64,000 nt of DNA, taken from positions 256,001 to 320,000 of the forward strand of contig CAWEWF010000004.1 of the NCBI GenBank assembly GCA_963812605.1, read 5' to 3'. The position numbers were made by a program, and so were the translations under genes. Source of the stretch: an uncultured Verrucomicrobiae bacterium. GTDB lineage: Bacteria; Verrucomicrobiota; Verrucomicrobiia; Palsa-1439. The notes under the pieces are model-generated. The model made no database searches, had not been told where the DNA came from, and saw nothing but the letters and a program-made list of their open reading frames with translations. Shown here piece by piece: positions 1 to 9,369 of this stretch (positions are counted from its first letter, which is position 1; every line of letters starts with the position of its first letter).

Positions 1-699
1 TTCCCGGGTCAAATCGGCCGTGCGCTCGGCCACTGTCTGCTCGATTCCTTCCTTCAAGGACTCCAATCGGGCCTGCCGCTCCGCCACAAGATGCATTTCG
101 CTCAGACTTTTGCGAATGGAAATGATCAGGAACGTAACCTCGAAGATTACCCATCCCGCGTGCTCCAAGGACCGCCATATCGGGGCATTGAGCACGCCAT
201 ACACGGATTGCGGCCAGAAGGCCCCTCGAAGAAGATGGTCCACATAGACCACGGCTGAGGCTGAGATCAGCACTTTCCAATCCCGATAGAAGGCCAGAAT
301 CGCCAGGGAGCCAAAGACGTGAAAATGTGTTTCGATTCGCCCCCCGGTCAAATGAATCAACAGCGCCGACATCAGCATTTGTCCGATGGCGATCGCGTGG
401 CGCGTCAGCACCTTTCCCGGTTGCAGTAGTCCCAGCAGCACCGGCACGCTGGTGACCGCGCCCCCTAACAACACGGCCGCCCACACGTGCAGGTGTATTT
501 GGCTTTCGGTGCCGGTCCAAGTGCGCGGGGAAATCCAAACAGCCAGCGCTATTCCGAACAGCCACTGGCAGGTCATCAGGCGCGCAAAGATTTGGTCAGT
601 GTGTTTAACAATGCTTTGCTGCTGTTCCGCGAACAGTTCGGCGGTCCGCGCGGAAATCGTGTCGGCCGGAATGCTTATTTTTTCTCCGGAGGGCTTCAT
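1..699 (-). CDS. Membrane-bound sensor (RedC-like histidine kinase N-terminal membrane domain), runs off the window edge
   Basis: Translated by hand from ATG at 699, which overlaps the upstream stop (ATGA): MKPSGEK...LIHLTGGRIETHFHVFGSLAILAFYRDW..., several TM helices, then a coiled coil (EQTVAERTADL). The kinase core is not visible in the window. Confidence 0.75.
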   Translation of the reverse strand, partial: MKPSGEKISIPADTISARTAELFAEQQQSIVKHTDQIFARLMTCQWLFGIALAVWISPRTWTGTESQIHLHVWAAVLLGGAVTSVPVLLGLLQPGKVLTRHAIAIGQMLMSALLIHLTGGRIETHFHVFGSLAILAFYRDWKVLISASAVVYVDHLLRGAFWPQSVYGVLNAPIWRSLEHAGWVIFEVTFLIISIRKSLSEMHLVAERQARLESLKEGIEQTVAERTADLTRE

Positions 700-1316
700 C
701 TGGCAGCTCCTTCTGGCGGGGCCTCGCGCTTCCCCAGCAAGGAACACCCGTAAACTTGCGTTTGCTTCAGCTTCGCGTCTTGTCCAGTCAGTAGCGAGAC
801 GATCGCATTTTCTCCCGCATTGTCGCCGGCATGACCACGGCTGCCTGTGATTCCGCCCTTGAACAGCAATTGCCCGTGTGCGTCGTAGAGGAGGACATAG
901 CCGGAAGTTTCGGCTCCAAACAGGCGTGCCTGCGCGCCGTCGAGATCTTCATGTACCGCAACCCCCGGAATGGCCGCCGCGTTTCGCCACAAATCAGTTC
1001 GTGTCCAATCACCAGAAAATTTGCCGCGCTTGAAGAACAGCACCTGTGCGTCGACTCTTCCTTGAGATCGAGCCAGCAGCCGGTTCAATTCTTCGAGGCT
1101 GGCCCGCGTGCAGGGACATTGGGGATGAACGAACATGATCAAGGTATCACGGTTGCGATCCAACATTATCTGGGCTCCCAACGGCCAATGCTGCGGCGTG
1201 ATGCCGACGCGCCCGCTGACGTTCTGGTAATTCAAAATTACGGCGAAGCCGGCTCCGACTCCGAGGAGCCATAGCGCGCAAAGGCCAATTTGAATGGGCA
1301 AAACGCGTACCACCAT
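696..1316 (-). CDS. RedB-like thioredoxin-fold protein
   Basis: N-terminal TM segment; HPQCPCTRASLEEL motif; GGITGSRGHAGDN and YGCSL motifs; translationally coupled to the downstream sensor gene. Confidence 0.7.
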   Translation of the reverse strand: MVVRVLPIQIGLCALWLLGVGAGFAVILNYQNVSGRVGITPQHWPLGAQIMLDRNRDTLIMFVHPQCPCTRASLEELNRLLARSQGRVDAQVLFFKRGKFSGDWTRTDLWRNAAAIPGVAVHEDLDGAQARLFGAETSGYVLLYDAHGQLLFKGGITGSRGHAGDNAGENAIVSLLTGQDAKLKQTQVYGCSLLGKREAPPEGAAR

Positions 1317-1328
1317 TAACAGAAATCA

Positions 1329-1343
1329 GCACGCATCGTGCCA
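1329..1343 (-). promoter_or_regulatory. Putative sigma54 -24/-12 promoter
   Basis: Minus strand reads TGGCAC-GATGC-GTGC, with GG and GC at canonical spacing, just upstream of the redB-like start. Confidence 0.5.
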
Positions 1344-1416
1344 CCGGCTGAAAGTGTCTTCCCCTCTCAGAAAGCTTGAGTCAATTCATGCTCGGTGTAC
1401 AATCCCCGGTGTGGGG

Positions 1417-2211
1417 ATGCGAATCACGATTTTGGGTAGTGGCAGCGCCGGCAATTGCACCTTGATTGAAACCGACACGACGAAACTTCTCGTCGATGCC
1501 GGTCTGAGTGGCCGCCAGATCGCCCAGCGGCTTGCGCTCATCAGCCGCAACCTCGAAGAGATCACGGGTGTCGTCCTCACCCACGAGCACAGCGACCATA
1601 CCCGCGCTCTCGGCGTGCTCTGCAAAACGCGTCCGCTGCCCGTCTACGCGAATCGCCTTACCGCCGAGGCCATTGCCACCGATCCCGACTGGCAGGACCG
1701 CGTCCGCATCTCGTGGCGGCTGTTTCCCACGGGCGGTTCCTTCGAGGTGGGTGACCTGCTGGTCGAATCCTTCAGCGTGCCGCACGATGCCTACGACCCG
1801 GTGGGTTATGTCGTTCGCCATCCTGGTTCCGGCATTGCGGTGGGCGTCCTCACCGATCTGGGCCACGCCACCAAGCTCGTCACCGAACGTATGCGTTCCA
1901 TGGATGTGCTGGTCGTGGAAGCCAACCACGATGTGAAGTTGCTGCAAGAGGATGCCGCCCGCCCCTGGGCCCTGAAACAGCGCATCATGAGCCGTCACGG
2001 TCATCTCAGCAATGACGCCGCGGCAACGCTCGCCAGCGAAGTCGCCTGCGACAAACTGCGCCACGTCTTTCTCGCGCACCTCAGCCAGGACTGCAATCGC
2101 CCCGAACTCGCGCAACAGGCGGTCGGCGACCAGCTTCAGAAAATCGGCGCGCGCCACATCAAGGTCGCCGTCGCCAGTCAGGACAAACCGACCGCGACGT
2201 TGACGTTATGA
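1417..2211 (+). CDS. MBL-fold metallo-hydrolase (YycJ/WalJ-like)
   Basis: LGSGSAGN, THEHSDH, HDA, EANHD and GHLSN motifs. Confidence 0.9.
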   Translation: MRITILGSGSAGNCTLIETDTTKLLVDAGLSGRQIAQRLALISRNLEEITGVVLTHEHSDHTRALGVLCKTRPLPVYANRLTAEAIATDPDWQDRVRISWRLFPTGGSFEVGDLLVESFSVPHDAYDPVGYVVRHPGSGIAVGVLTDLGHATKLVTERMRSMDVLVVEANHDVKLLQEDAARPWALKQRIMSRHGHLSNDAAATLASEVACDKLRHVFLAHLSQDCNRPELAQQAVGDQLQKIGARHIKVAVASQDKPTATLTL

Positions 2212-3320
2212 TCATCGGCGTCCCCAGGGAGATCAAAAACAACGAATATCGCGTCGGCCTGCTGCCAGTCCATTGTGAAGCGCTAACCGAAGCGGGTCAT
2301 TCGGTGCTGGTGGAACACCGGGCGGGCGAAGGCAGCGGCGCGCTGGACCAGGATTATCGGGCCGCCGGCGCCACCATCGTCAATTCCGCCCGTGTCCTCT
2401 TCCGCCGCGCCGATCTGATTGTGAAGGTCAAGGAACCGCAACCCTCCGAGATTTCCTTGCTACGCGCCGGGCAAATCGTTTTCACGTACTTCCATTTCGC
2501 CGCCGACAAAAAACTCTTCGAGGCCACAGTTCGCAGCGGCATCATTGCCATCGCCTACGAGACGATTCAGTTGCCGAACGGTTCCCTGCCCTTGCTGACG
2601 CCCATGAGCGAGATCGCGGGACGAATGGCGGTCCATGAAGGGGCGAAGTACCTCGAAGAGCCGACAAAAGGCCGGGGGTTGTTGCTTGCCGGCGTGCCGG
2701 GCGTCGCGCCGGCCAAAGTCGTGATCCTCGGCGGCGGCATTGTCGGCGCGAACGCCGCCAAGATGGCCGCCGGCCTGGGTGCGGACGTGTCGGTTCTCGA
2801 CATCAACCTGGATCGCCTGCGCTATCTCGACGACGTGATGCCGAAAAACGTCAAGACCCTGATGAGCAATACCCACAATATTCGCGAGCAGGTTCGCGAA
2901 GCGGATTTGCTCATTGGCGCGGTGTTACGGGCCGGGGCGCGGGCTCCGATGCTCGTCTCCCGCAAGCTGGTCAAGCAAATGAAACGCGGCGCGGTCATCG
3001 TGGATGTGGCCATCGACCAGGGCGGCTGCATCGAGACCTCGCGGCCCACAACACACGAAAAACCAACCTACCTCGTCAATGGTGTCGTGCATTACTGCGT
3101 CACAAACATGCCCGGTGCGGTCGCGCGGACTTCGACGACAGCCTTGACAAACGCCACTTTCCCGTACGCCATGGAAATCGCCCGCCGGGGATACAGCCGC
3201 GCCGTGCGCGAAAACACAGCGCTGGCGACGGGTGTAAACATCGCGCGAGGCCGGGTGGTTTATCCCGACCTCGCAACGCAATATCGGACACCGTTAACCA
3301 GCCTCCAAGAAATCCCCTGA
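2208..3320 (+). CDS. ald: Alanine dehydrogenase
   Basis: MIIGVPREIKNNEYRV, KVKEP, DVAIDQGGCIETS and NMPGAV motifs. Confidence 0.97.
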   Translation: MIIGVPREIKNNEYRVGLLPVHCEALTEAGHSVLVEHRAGEGSGALDQDYRAAGATIVNSARVLFRRADLIVKVKEPQPSEISLLRAGQIVFTYFHFAADKKLFEATVRSGIIAIAYETIQLPNGSLPLLTPMSEIAGRMAVHEGAKYLEEPTKGRGLLLAGVPGVAPAKVVILGGGIVGANAAKMAAGLGADVSVLDINLDRLRYLDDVMPKNVKTLMSNTHNIREQVREADLLIGAVLRAGARAPMLVSRKLVKQMKRGAVIVDVAIDQGGCIETSRPTTHEKPTYLVNGVVHYCVTNMPGAVARTSTTALTNATFPYAMEIARRGYSRAVRENTALATGVNIARGRVVYPDLATQYRTPLTSLQEIP

Positions 3321-3324
3321 CCCT

Positions 3325-3567
3325 TTAGCGGTAGTAGTAGCCGCCACGATAGTAGCAGCTCGGGTAATACCGATAGACCGGTCGATAATACACCGGCGCG
3401 CGGTAGCAGTACCCGGGATAATATGCCGCGTACCATGGGTAATAACCGTAACCGCCGAACCCAACATTCACCGAAACGAACGTTCGCGCCTGGGCCGGTG
3501 CCGCCAGCAAGCAGGACAAAGTCACCACGGCCACGAACCCGCCGACAATCTTAAGAATTCTTTTCAT
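3325..3567 (-). CDS. Small secreted Tyr/Pro/Gly-rich protein
   Basis: MKRILKIVGG signal peptide ending AQA, then VSVNVGFGG and a YP/YY-rich tail; GGAGG ribosome-binding site upstream. Confidence 0.7.
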   Translation of the reverse strand: MKRILKIVGGFVAVVTLSCLLAAPAQARTFVSVNVGFGGYGYYPWYAAYYPGYCYRAPVYYRPVYRYYPSCYYRGGYYYR

Positions 3568-3648
3568 GTGAACCCTCCATTCTGCACTATTGGACTTGTC
3601 ACCAATAAATTTATTCAATCGAGCTAAACCTGCAAGTGGTTGCGAAGC

Positions 3649-3717
3649 TGGAGCGCCACGCTCCGTCGTTGGCCGAGGTTCTATCCAATTGGACCGGAGG
3701 CTCTTGTCTGCCTCCAT
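3649..3717. repeat. REP-like doublet (TGGAG family), empty relative of the IS110-1 target
   Basis: TGGAGCGCCACGCTCCGTCGTTGGCCG ... GCCTCCA; nearly identical to the reconstructed IS110-1 target TGGAGGGCCACGCTCCGTCGTGGCCG. Confidence 0.7.
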
Positions 3718-3720
3718 GTA

Positions 3721-4651
3721 CTACCCCTTCAGCGCGCCCATCTGGATGCCGCTGATGAACCACTTTTGCCCGATGATGAAAACCACAATCATTGGCAGGA
3801 TCATCATCACCGACCCCGCCATGAGCAGCGTCCACTGTGTGCTGTACAACCCCATGAACGACAGCAGCCCCAGCGGCAGCGTTTTCATCGAATCCTGCGT
3901 CAGCATGATGAGCGGCCAATAAAAACTCTGCCAGTTGCCAAGAAACGTAAAAATCGCCAGCGTCGCCAGCGCGGGTTTGCTCAACGGCAGGATGATCGTC
4001 GTGAAAATGCGGAACAATCCGCAACCGTCGATCGTCGCCGCTTCCTCCAGGTCGCGCGGGATACTCATGAAAAACTGCCGCAGCATGAATGTCCCGTACG
4101 CCGAGAACATCACGGCCACGATCAACGCGAAATAGGAATCCAATCCCACCAGCCGTCCCACATCGTACGTGCGCCCAAAAAGGGAAATCACGCGCGGTGC
4201 ATCCCAGTTCACGAATGGCGCGGCCACCGTCAGCCAGTCGGTGATTTTGCGCATCAAAATGAAATTCGGGATCATCGTCACCGCGCCGGGGATCATCATT
4301 GTCCCGAGATAACCGAGAAACAGCTTGTCGCGTCCGGGAAACTGCAGCCGCGAGAACGCGTACGCCGCGCAGGCGCTGGTGCTCACCTGCCCCAGGGTCA
4401 CAACGACCGCAACCAGAACGCTGTTCAGATACCAGCGTGCAAATCCGCCGCCCATCTCTTGCGTTGCGTCATAAACCTTCCCGTAATTCCGCCACTGTAC
4501 CTCGCCGCGCACCAGCGCCTCTAAGCGACTGTCCACCGATTTGAAAACTTCGCCCGACGGTTTCACCAACGTCGAGAACATCCAGAGGAACGGGAGCAGC
4601 ATGAACAGACCAATGCAACCGAGAACCGTGTAACTGAGAACTTTTGTTCAC
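3721..4651 (-). CDS. Carbohydrate ABC transporter permease (MalG-like); 5' end disrupted near 4645
   Basis: EAA loop (DLEEAATIDG); TM helices. The first TM helix (VLSYTVLGCIGLF) is in frame with the gene body but the GTG at 4651 is one base out of frame. Confidence 0.9.
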
Positions 4652-4663
4652 CGGCAGCGCATC

Positions 4664-5584
4664 TCAGTAATGGACGACTCGTCCCCCAAACCGCCAGTTC
4701 AACATGGTCGCCGCGAACACCGCCGTGAACAGCACCCACGCCATCGCCGCTGCGTACCCCATGTGGTTCCAGGCGAACGCGTGATTATAAATGTAATAGC
4801 TAATCGTCGTGGTCGACCCAGCGGGGCCGCCCCGCGTCATCACGTAGGCCTGGTCAAATCCACCTTGCAGCCCGCCGATCAAGCTCATGGTGAAAACAAA
4901 GAATGTCGTCGGACTGACCAGCGGCCAGGTGATCGCCCGAAACTTCTGCCACTGATTCGCGCCGTCAATGTCCGCCGCTTCGTACAACTCGGGCGATACG
5001 CCCTGCAACGCCGCAAGAAACAAAATCATGTTGTAGCCGCCCACGACCGTCCAAAACGTCATGAACATCAGCGCCGGCTTGGCCCACGTCACGGAGTGCA
5101 GCCATTGCGGCGGCCATTCGACGCCGAGGTTGCTGATCCCTTGGTTCAACCATCGCGGAAACCAATGGGTGATGATCGTATTGATCAACCCGTAGTCGGG
5201 ATTGTAAATCCACCGCCAGAGCAGATAGGTCCCGACGCCCATCACAATGGTTGGCAAAAAATAAATCGTGCGAAACACCACGATCCCGCGCAGCTTCTGG
5301 TTCATCACCATCGCCAAAAACAGCGACCCCAGGATGTTCACCGGGATCGTCAGCATCAGGAAGACTGTGTTGAAGGCGTAACGCCAAAAGTCGTGGTCCT
5401 TCAGCAGCGTGGCAAAATTCTGAAGCCCCACGAACTTCGGCGGGCTGAAAAGGTCCCATTCAAAAAAACTCAATCCCAGCGAAACGACTACGGGAATAAG
5501 GGTAAACGCCAGGAAACCGAGCAGGTTCGGCAAAAGGAATAAATACCCCGCCAGCGCAGACCGTCCCCGTTTCGTTCGTGCCAT
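4664..5584 (-). CDS. Carbohydrate ABC transporter permease (MalF/UgpA-like)
   Basis: FVGLQNF, ELYEAADIDGA and TRGGPAGST motifs. Confidence 0.95.
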   Translation of the reverse strand: MARTKRGRSALAGYLFLLPNLLGFLAFTLIPVVVSLGLSFFEWDLFSPPKFVGLQNFATLLKDHDFWRYAFNTVFLMLTIPVNILGSLFLAMVMNQKLRGIVVFRTIYFLPTIVMGVGTYLLWRWIYNPDYGLINTIITHWFPRWLNQGISNLGVEWPPQWLHSVTWAKPALMFMTFWTVVGGYNMILFLAALQGVSPELYEAADIDGANQWQKFRAITWPLVSPTTFFVFTMSLIGGLQGGFDQAYVMTRGGPAGSTTTISYYIYNHAFAWNHMGYAAAMAWVLFTAVFAATMLNWRFGGRVVHY

Positions 5585-5702
5585 CCGAGATCTCCTTGGA
5601 ATCTCTGCGCCTTCTTACACCCCCGCGACGGTCACCGCAAGCCAATTGCCTTGTGCTCCAGCGAAGTGTGCGCTAAAGGAGGTGTCACGGAGGTCATCAC
5701 CA

Positions 5703-6074
5703 ATGAGAACATGGAAACTGATCGCAATTGCTTCGCTACTTTTCAGCGTCTCTCTGGCTTCACCAGCCGAATCCACGAACAAAGTCGTCGCCGCAAAAAC
5801 CTATACCGAAGAGCAGCTCCAGGCGCTCAACCGGAAAGCCGAACGGCAGTTTCATCAACTGGGAAAGAAACTGGACGATCTCAAGGCCCAGGCCCAAACA
5901 AAAACCGGCGACGCCAGGACCGCCTTCGATAAGAAAATCGCGGAAGCCCAGCAGAAGATCGATGAATTGAAACCGAAACTGACCGAACTGAAAACCGCCA
6001 CCACCAACGCCTGGAGCGACATCAAATCCGGCTTTGATAAAGGCCTCGATGACCTCAGAAACGCGCTGAAGTAG
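5703..6074 (+). CDS. Secreted coiled-coil hypothetical protein
   Basis: Signal peptide followed by a K/E/A-rich amphipathic helix ending AWSDIKSGF. Confidence 0.75.
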   Translation: MRTWKLIAIASLLFSVSLASPAESTNKVVAAKTYTEEQLQALNRKAERQFHQLGKKLDDLKAQAQTKTGDARTAFDKKIAEAQQKIDELKPKLTELKTATTNAWSDIKSGFDKGLDDLRNALK

Positions 6075-6084
6075 GGAACTTCGC

Positions 6085-7157
6085 CTAGATCGTCTTCCCG
6101 ATCGCCGCCGCCACCGCGCGCATCTGCGCCACGAGCACTTCAAACTTGTCCGGAAGCATCGCCTGCTCGCCGTCCGACAGCGCGGCTTCGGGATCGTTGT
6201 GGACCTCAATCATGATTCCGTCAGCGCCGGCGGCAACTGCGGCCAGTGCCATCGTAGGGATAAGATCGCGATGACCCGCACCGTGCGTGGGATCAACAAT
6301 CACCGGCAGGTGGGATTCCTTCTTGAACGCGGGGACCGCCGAGAGGTCGAGCGTGTTGCGCGTGTAGGTCTCGAACGTGCGGATGCCGCGCTCGCAGAGC
6401 ATGACGTTCATGTTGCCTTCGCTGAGAATGTATTCGGCGCTGAGCAACACATCCTTGACCGTCGCCGCCATGCCGCGCTTGAGCATCACCGGCTTCTGGC
6501 ACCGGCCGACTTCCTTCAAGAGCGAAAAATTCTGCATGTTGCGCGCGCCGATCTGGATGATGTCCGCGTATTGCTCGACCAGCTCCACGTCCTTGGTGTC
6601 CATCAACTCGGTAATGACAGGCAACCCCGTCGCCGCGCGCGCTTCCGCCAGCAGTTTCAACCCTTCCTTGCCCAGCCCCTGGAACGTGTACGGCGACGTG
6701 CGCGGCTTGAAAGCGCCGCCACGCAATACCGTCGCCCCCGCCTTCTTTACGATCTTCGCGATCTCCAAAATCTGCTCGCGGCTCTCCACCGAGCACGGCC
6801 CGCTCATCAGCACGACCTTCTTCTGGTCGCCGACTGTATTGTGGCCAGACCCCGCGTCCGCGTGTTGGTGGCACAGGCGTCCCTGCCTGTGTTGGGTGTC
6901 ATGATCTCAATCACCGTTCGCTTGCGCGTGAAATCGTAGCTGGTGAGCTTGTACGGCTTCATCACCGGCGTGACCGACGACACGCCCGGGAAAGCCGCCA
7001 GCGGTTTCTCGCGAATCAGGTCCTCAGGCCCGATAACGCCGATGATCGTGCGCTCGACCCCGCGGCTCGTGTGCGGTTTCAGCCCCCACTTGCGAATCGC
7101 GTCTTCAATATGCGCGACCTGCTCGTCCGTCGCCTCCGGTTTGCAAATGATGATCAT
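6085..7157 (-). CDS. aroF: DAHP synthase (class I-beta), with an internal REP-derived insertion and a frameshift near 6840
   Basis: N-terminal regulatory domain ([13 protein letters not shown]) in one frame; [19 protein letters not shown] and IGARNMQN in another. Confidence 0.93.
6866..6891. repeat. REP-like palindrome (GTGG family) inside aroF
   Basis: TGGTGGCACAGGCGTCCCTGCCTGTG; near-identical copies at 12616-12641 and, inverted, at 34028-34053. Confidence 0.85.
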
Positions 7158-7170
7158 GATTTTATTCTCG

Positions 7171-7231
7171 ACCGCCAATGGATACGAATCAGCGCGAATA
7201 CTTCGCGTCCATTCGTGTTCATTCGCGGTTT
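7171..7231. repeat. Imperfect inverted repeat between hisC and aroF
   Basis: ACCGCCAATGGATACGAATCAGCGCGAA pairs imperfectly with TTCGCGTCCATTCGTGTTCATTCGCGGTT. Confidence 0.6.
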
Positions 7232-8368
7232 AGTTCCGCCCGCAACGCTCTGATAAACTTACGGTTCTCCTCCATCGTCCCGACACTCACCCGCACCCAC
7301 GCAGGCATTTTATACCCGCGCATCGGCCGCACAATCACGCCGCGCCGCTGCAAAGCGCGGAATACTTCATCGCCATCGCCCACGTTGACAAGCACAAAGT
7401 TGGCGCAGCTCGGCACGTATTCGAGCTTCAGTCGCTTGAATTCCTTCTCCAAATACGCCAGCCCCCGCCGGGTCAACGCCTTCGTCTTCCGAATGTGCGC
7501 GGCGTCTCCCAAAGCGGCCAGCGCCCCGGCTTGCGCGACCGCATTCGTATTGAACGGTTGCCGCACCCGTTGCAGCAGGGCGATGCATTCCTTCTGCGCC
7601 ACCCCGTACCCGATGCGTAGTCCCGCCAAGCCGACAATCTTCGAGAACGTCCGCAACACAATCACGTTCCGCTTCATCGCGTACTCGATGGACGGCGGCG
7701 GATCGTCCAAAAACTCAATGTATGCCTCGTCCAGCACGGCAATCACGTGCGGTGGCAAACGCCGGATGAAATCATCCAGTTCCGCATCGGTCACGCGCGT
7801 GCCCGTTGGGTTGTTCGGGTTCGCGACAAAAACTAGCTTCGTCTTCGGCGTAATCGCCGCCAGCATCGCCTTCAAGTCGTGCGTGTGACCGCGAAACGGG
7901 ACCTCCACGCACCGCGCCTGGAACAGCTTCGCCATGATGCTGTAAATGACAAACGCGCGGTCGCCCAACAACAACTTCATCACCCGGCGAAACAAACGCG
8001 TGATACAGAAACTCAATGATCTCATTCGACCCCGTGCCGAGGATGATATTATCAATGCTGATGGAGGGTCGCGCGGAGCCTGTCCTGAGCGAAGTCGAAG
8101 GGTCCCGACCGCTTCGGCGTAGTTTGTCAGCGATTCCCTGCCGCAAATAAAACCCGCCGCCGTCCGGATAAAGATGCGCCGTCGCCAGCGCCTTCCGCAT
8201 CGCCACCACCGCCTTCGGCGAAGGCCCCAACGGATTCTCATTCGAAGCCAGCTTGATGATCGACCGCGGATCCACCCCCATCTCCCGCGCCACCTCCTCA
8301 ATCGGCCGCCCCGGCTCATAGACGGGAACATCACAAACAAATTGATTGGCAAGGGATGTGAAGTTCAC
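7219..8368 (-). CDS. hisC: Histidinol-phosphate aminotransferase, with an in-frame palindrome insertion and a frameshift near 7965
   Basis: YEPGRPI, KLASNENPLGPSP, NPNNPTG, DEAY and RTFSK(IV)GLAGLRIG motifs split over two frames. Confidence 0.93.
8062..8112. repeat. Composite palindrome inside hisC (TGGAGGG REP with nested GTCCTGAGCGAAGTCGAAGG)
   Basis: Adds the peptide RRSGRDPSTSLRTGSARPSI between IADKL and SIDNIILGTGSNE. Confidence 0.7.
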
Positions 8369-8562
8369 AGGGTCAGTGTGGCAAAGGCAGGCAGGGTGGT
8401 CAAACTTGAAACACGTGACCCCGTTTAGCGAATGGGACGGCATCGGTAAATACATCCTCGCTCAAGATAGCCGTTGACCCTTGCACAGAGAACAGCAACC
8501 GGATTAAGATGTGGGGCGTAGTGGTGCGCAGTATGCGCCACAATCGGGAGGCGTCGACAAGG

Positions 8563-9369
8563 ATGAGCCAGAATTCTAGAATTGAATGGACTGATGCAAC
8601 TTGGAATCCGGTGCGGGGATGCACCAAGGTTAGCCCTGGCTGCACCCACTGTTACGCCGAGACATTCGCCGAACGTTTTCGCGGAATCCCTGGCCACCCG
8701 TATGAGCACGGTTTTGATCCTCGGCTCGTGCCTGAAAAGTTGACTGAGCCCTTTCATTGGTCGACGCCTAAGATGATATTTGTCAACTCAATGAGCGATC
8801 TTTTCCACGAAAATGTTTCTGATGATTACATCGCTGCAGTTGCGAGAGTGATGAAACTTGCAAGCTGGCATACGTATCAAGTGCTGACCAAACGCTCGGA
8901 ACGTATGCGTCATCTGCTCGACACAAGAATTCGGTTTGCTGCTGACGAGCCGCACATCTGGTGGGGCGTTAGTGTGGAGAACCGAAAGCATGGACTGCCA
9001 AGGATCAACCACCTGAGGTCTGCACCAGCCAAGGTGCGCTTTCTGTCCATTGAACCGCTACTTGAAGACGTGGGACAAATCAACTTGCGTGGCATCAGTT
9101 GGGTAATTGTCGGTGGCGAAAGCGGCCCTGGCGCGAGGCCAATGAAAGCAGCTTGGGTTCGCTCCATTCGCTCCCAGTGTCGAGGCGCTGGCGTACCCTT
9201 CTTCTTTAAACAATGGGGTGGCGTTCGCAAAGTTGAAGCCGGGCGCAAGCTTGACGGCAGAGTTTACGACGAATTTCCTGCTCGGGTTGCACCAACTGTA
9301 GTCGCCGCTCCTGAAAGAATGGCTATGCTTCAAGAAGCAGAGTCCTCCTATAAGGTGGCTGTTGCGTAA
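8563..9369 (+). CDS. DUF5131 / phage Gp37-Gp68 family protein (three-Cys motif, radical-SAM-like)
   Basis: SRIEWTDATWNPVRGCTKVSPGCTHCYAE (Cx6Cx2C), FVNSMSDLFH, LTKR, WVIVGGESG and FFKQWGG motifs. Confidence 0.93.
   Translation: MSQNSRIEWTDATWNPVRGCTKVSPGCTHCYAETFAERFRGIPGHPYEHGFDPRLVPEKLTEPFHWSTPKMIFVNSMSDLFHENVSDDYIAAVARVMKLASWHTYQVLTKRSERMRHLLDTRIRFAADEPHIWWGVSVENRKHGLPRINHLRSAPAKVRFLSIEPLLEDVGQINLRGISWVIVGGESGPGARPMKAAWVRSIRSQCRGAGVPFFFKQWGGVRKVEAGRKLDGRVYDEFPARVAPTVVAAPERMAMLQEAESSYKVAVA

Noticed and set aside
4648-4662. In-frame TGA in ATG CGC TGC CGG TGA as selenocysteine or readthrough in the permease
   Set aside because: No functional rationale or visible SECIS element; an extra A in the run after the GTG start explains it equally well.
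5637-5651. AGGCAA-N5-TTGC as a sigma54 promoter for the permease genes
   Set aside because: The -24 element deviates from TGGCAC at two positions, which is too weak to call.
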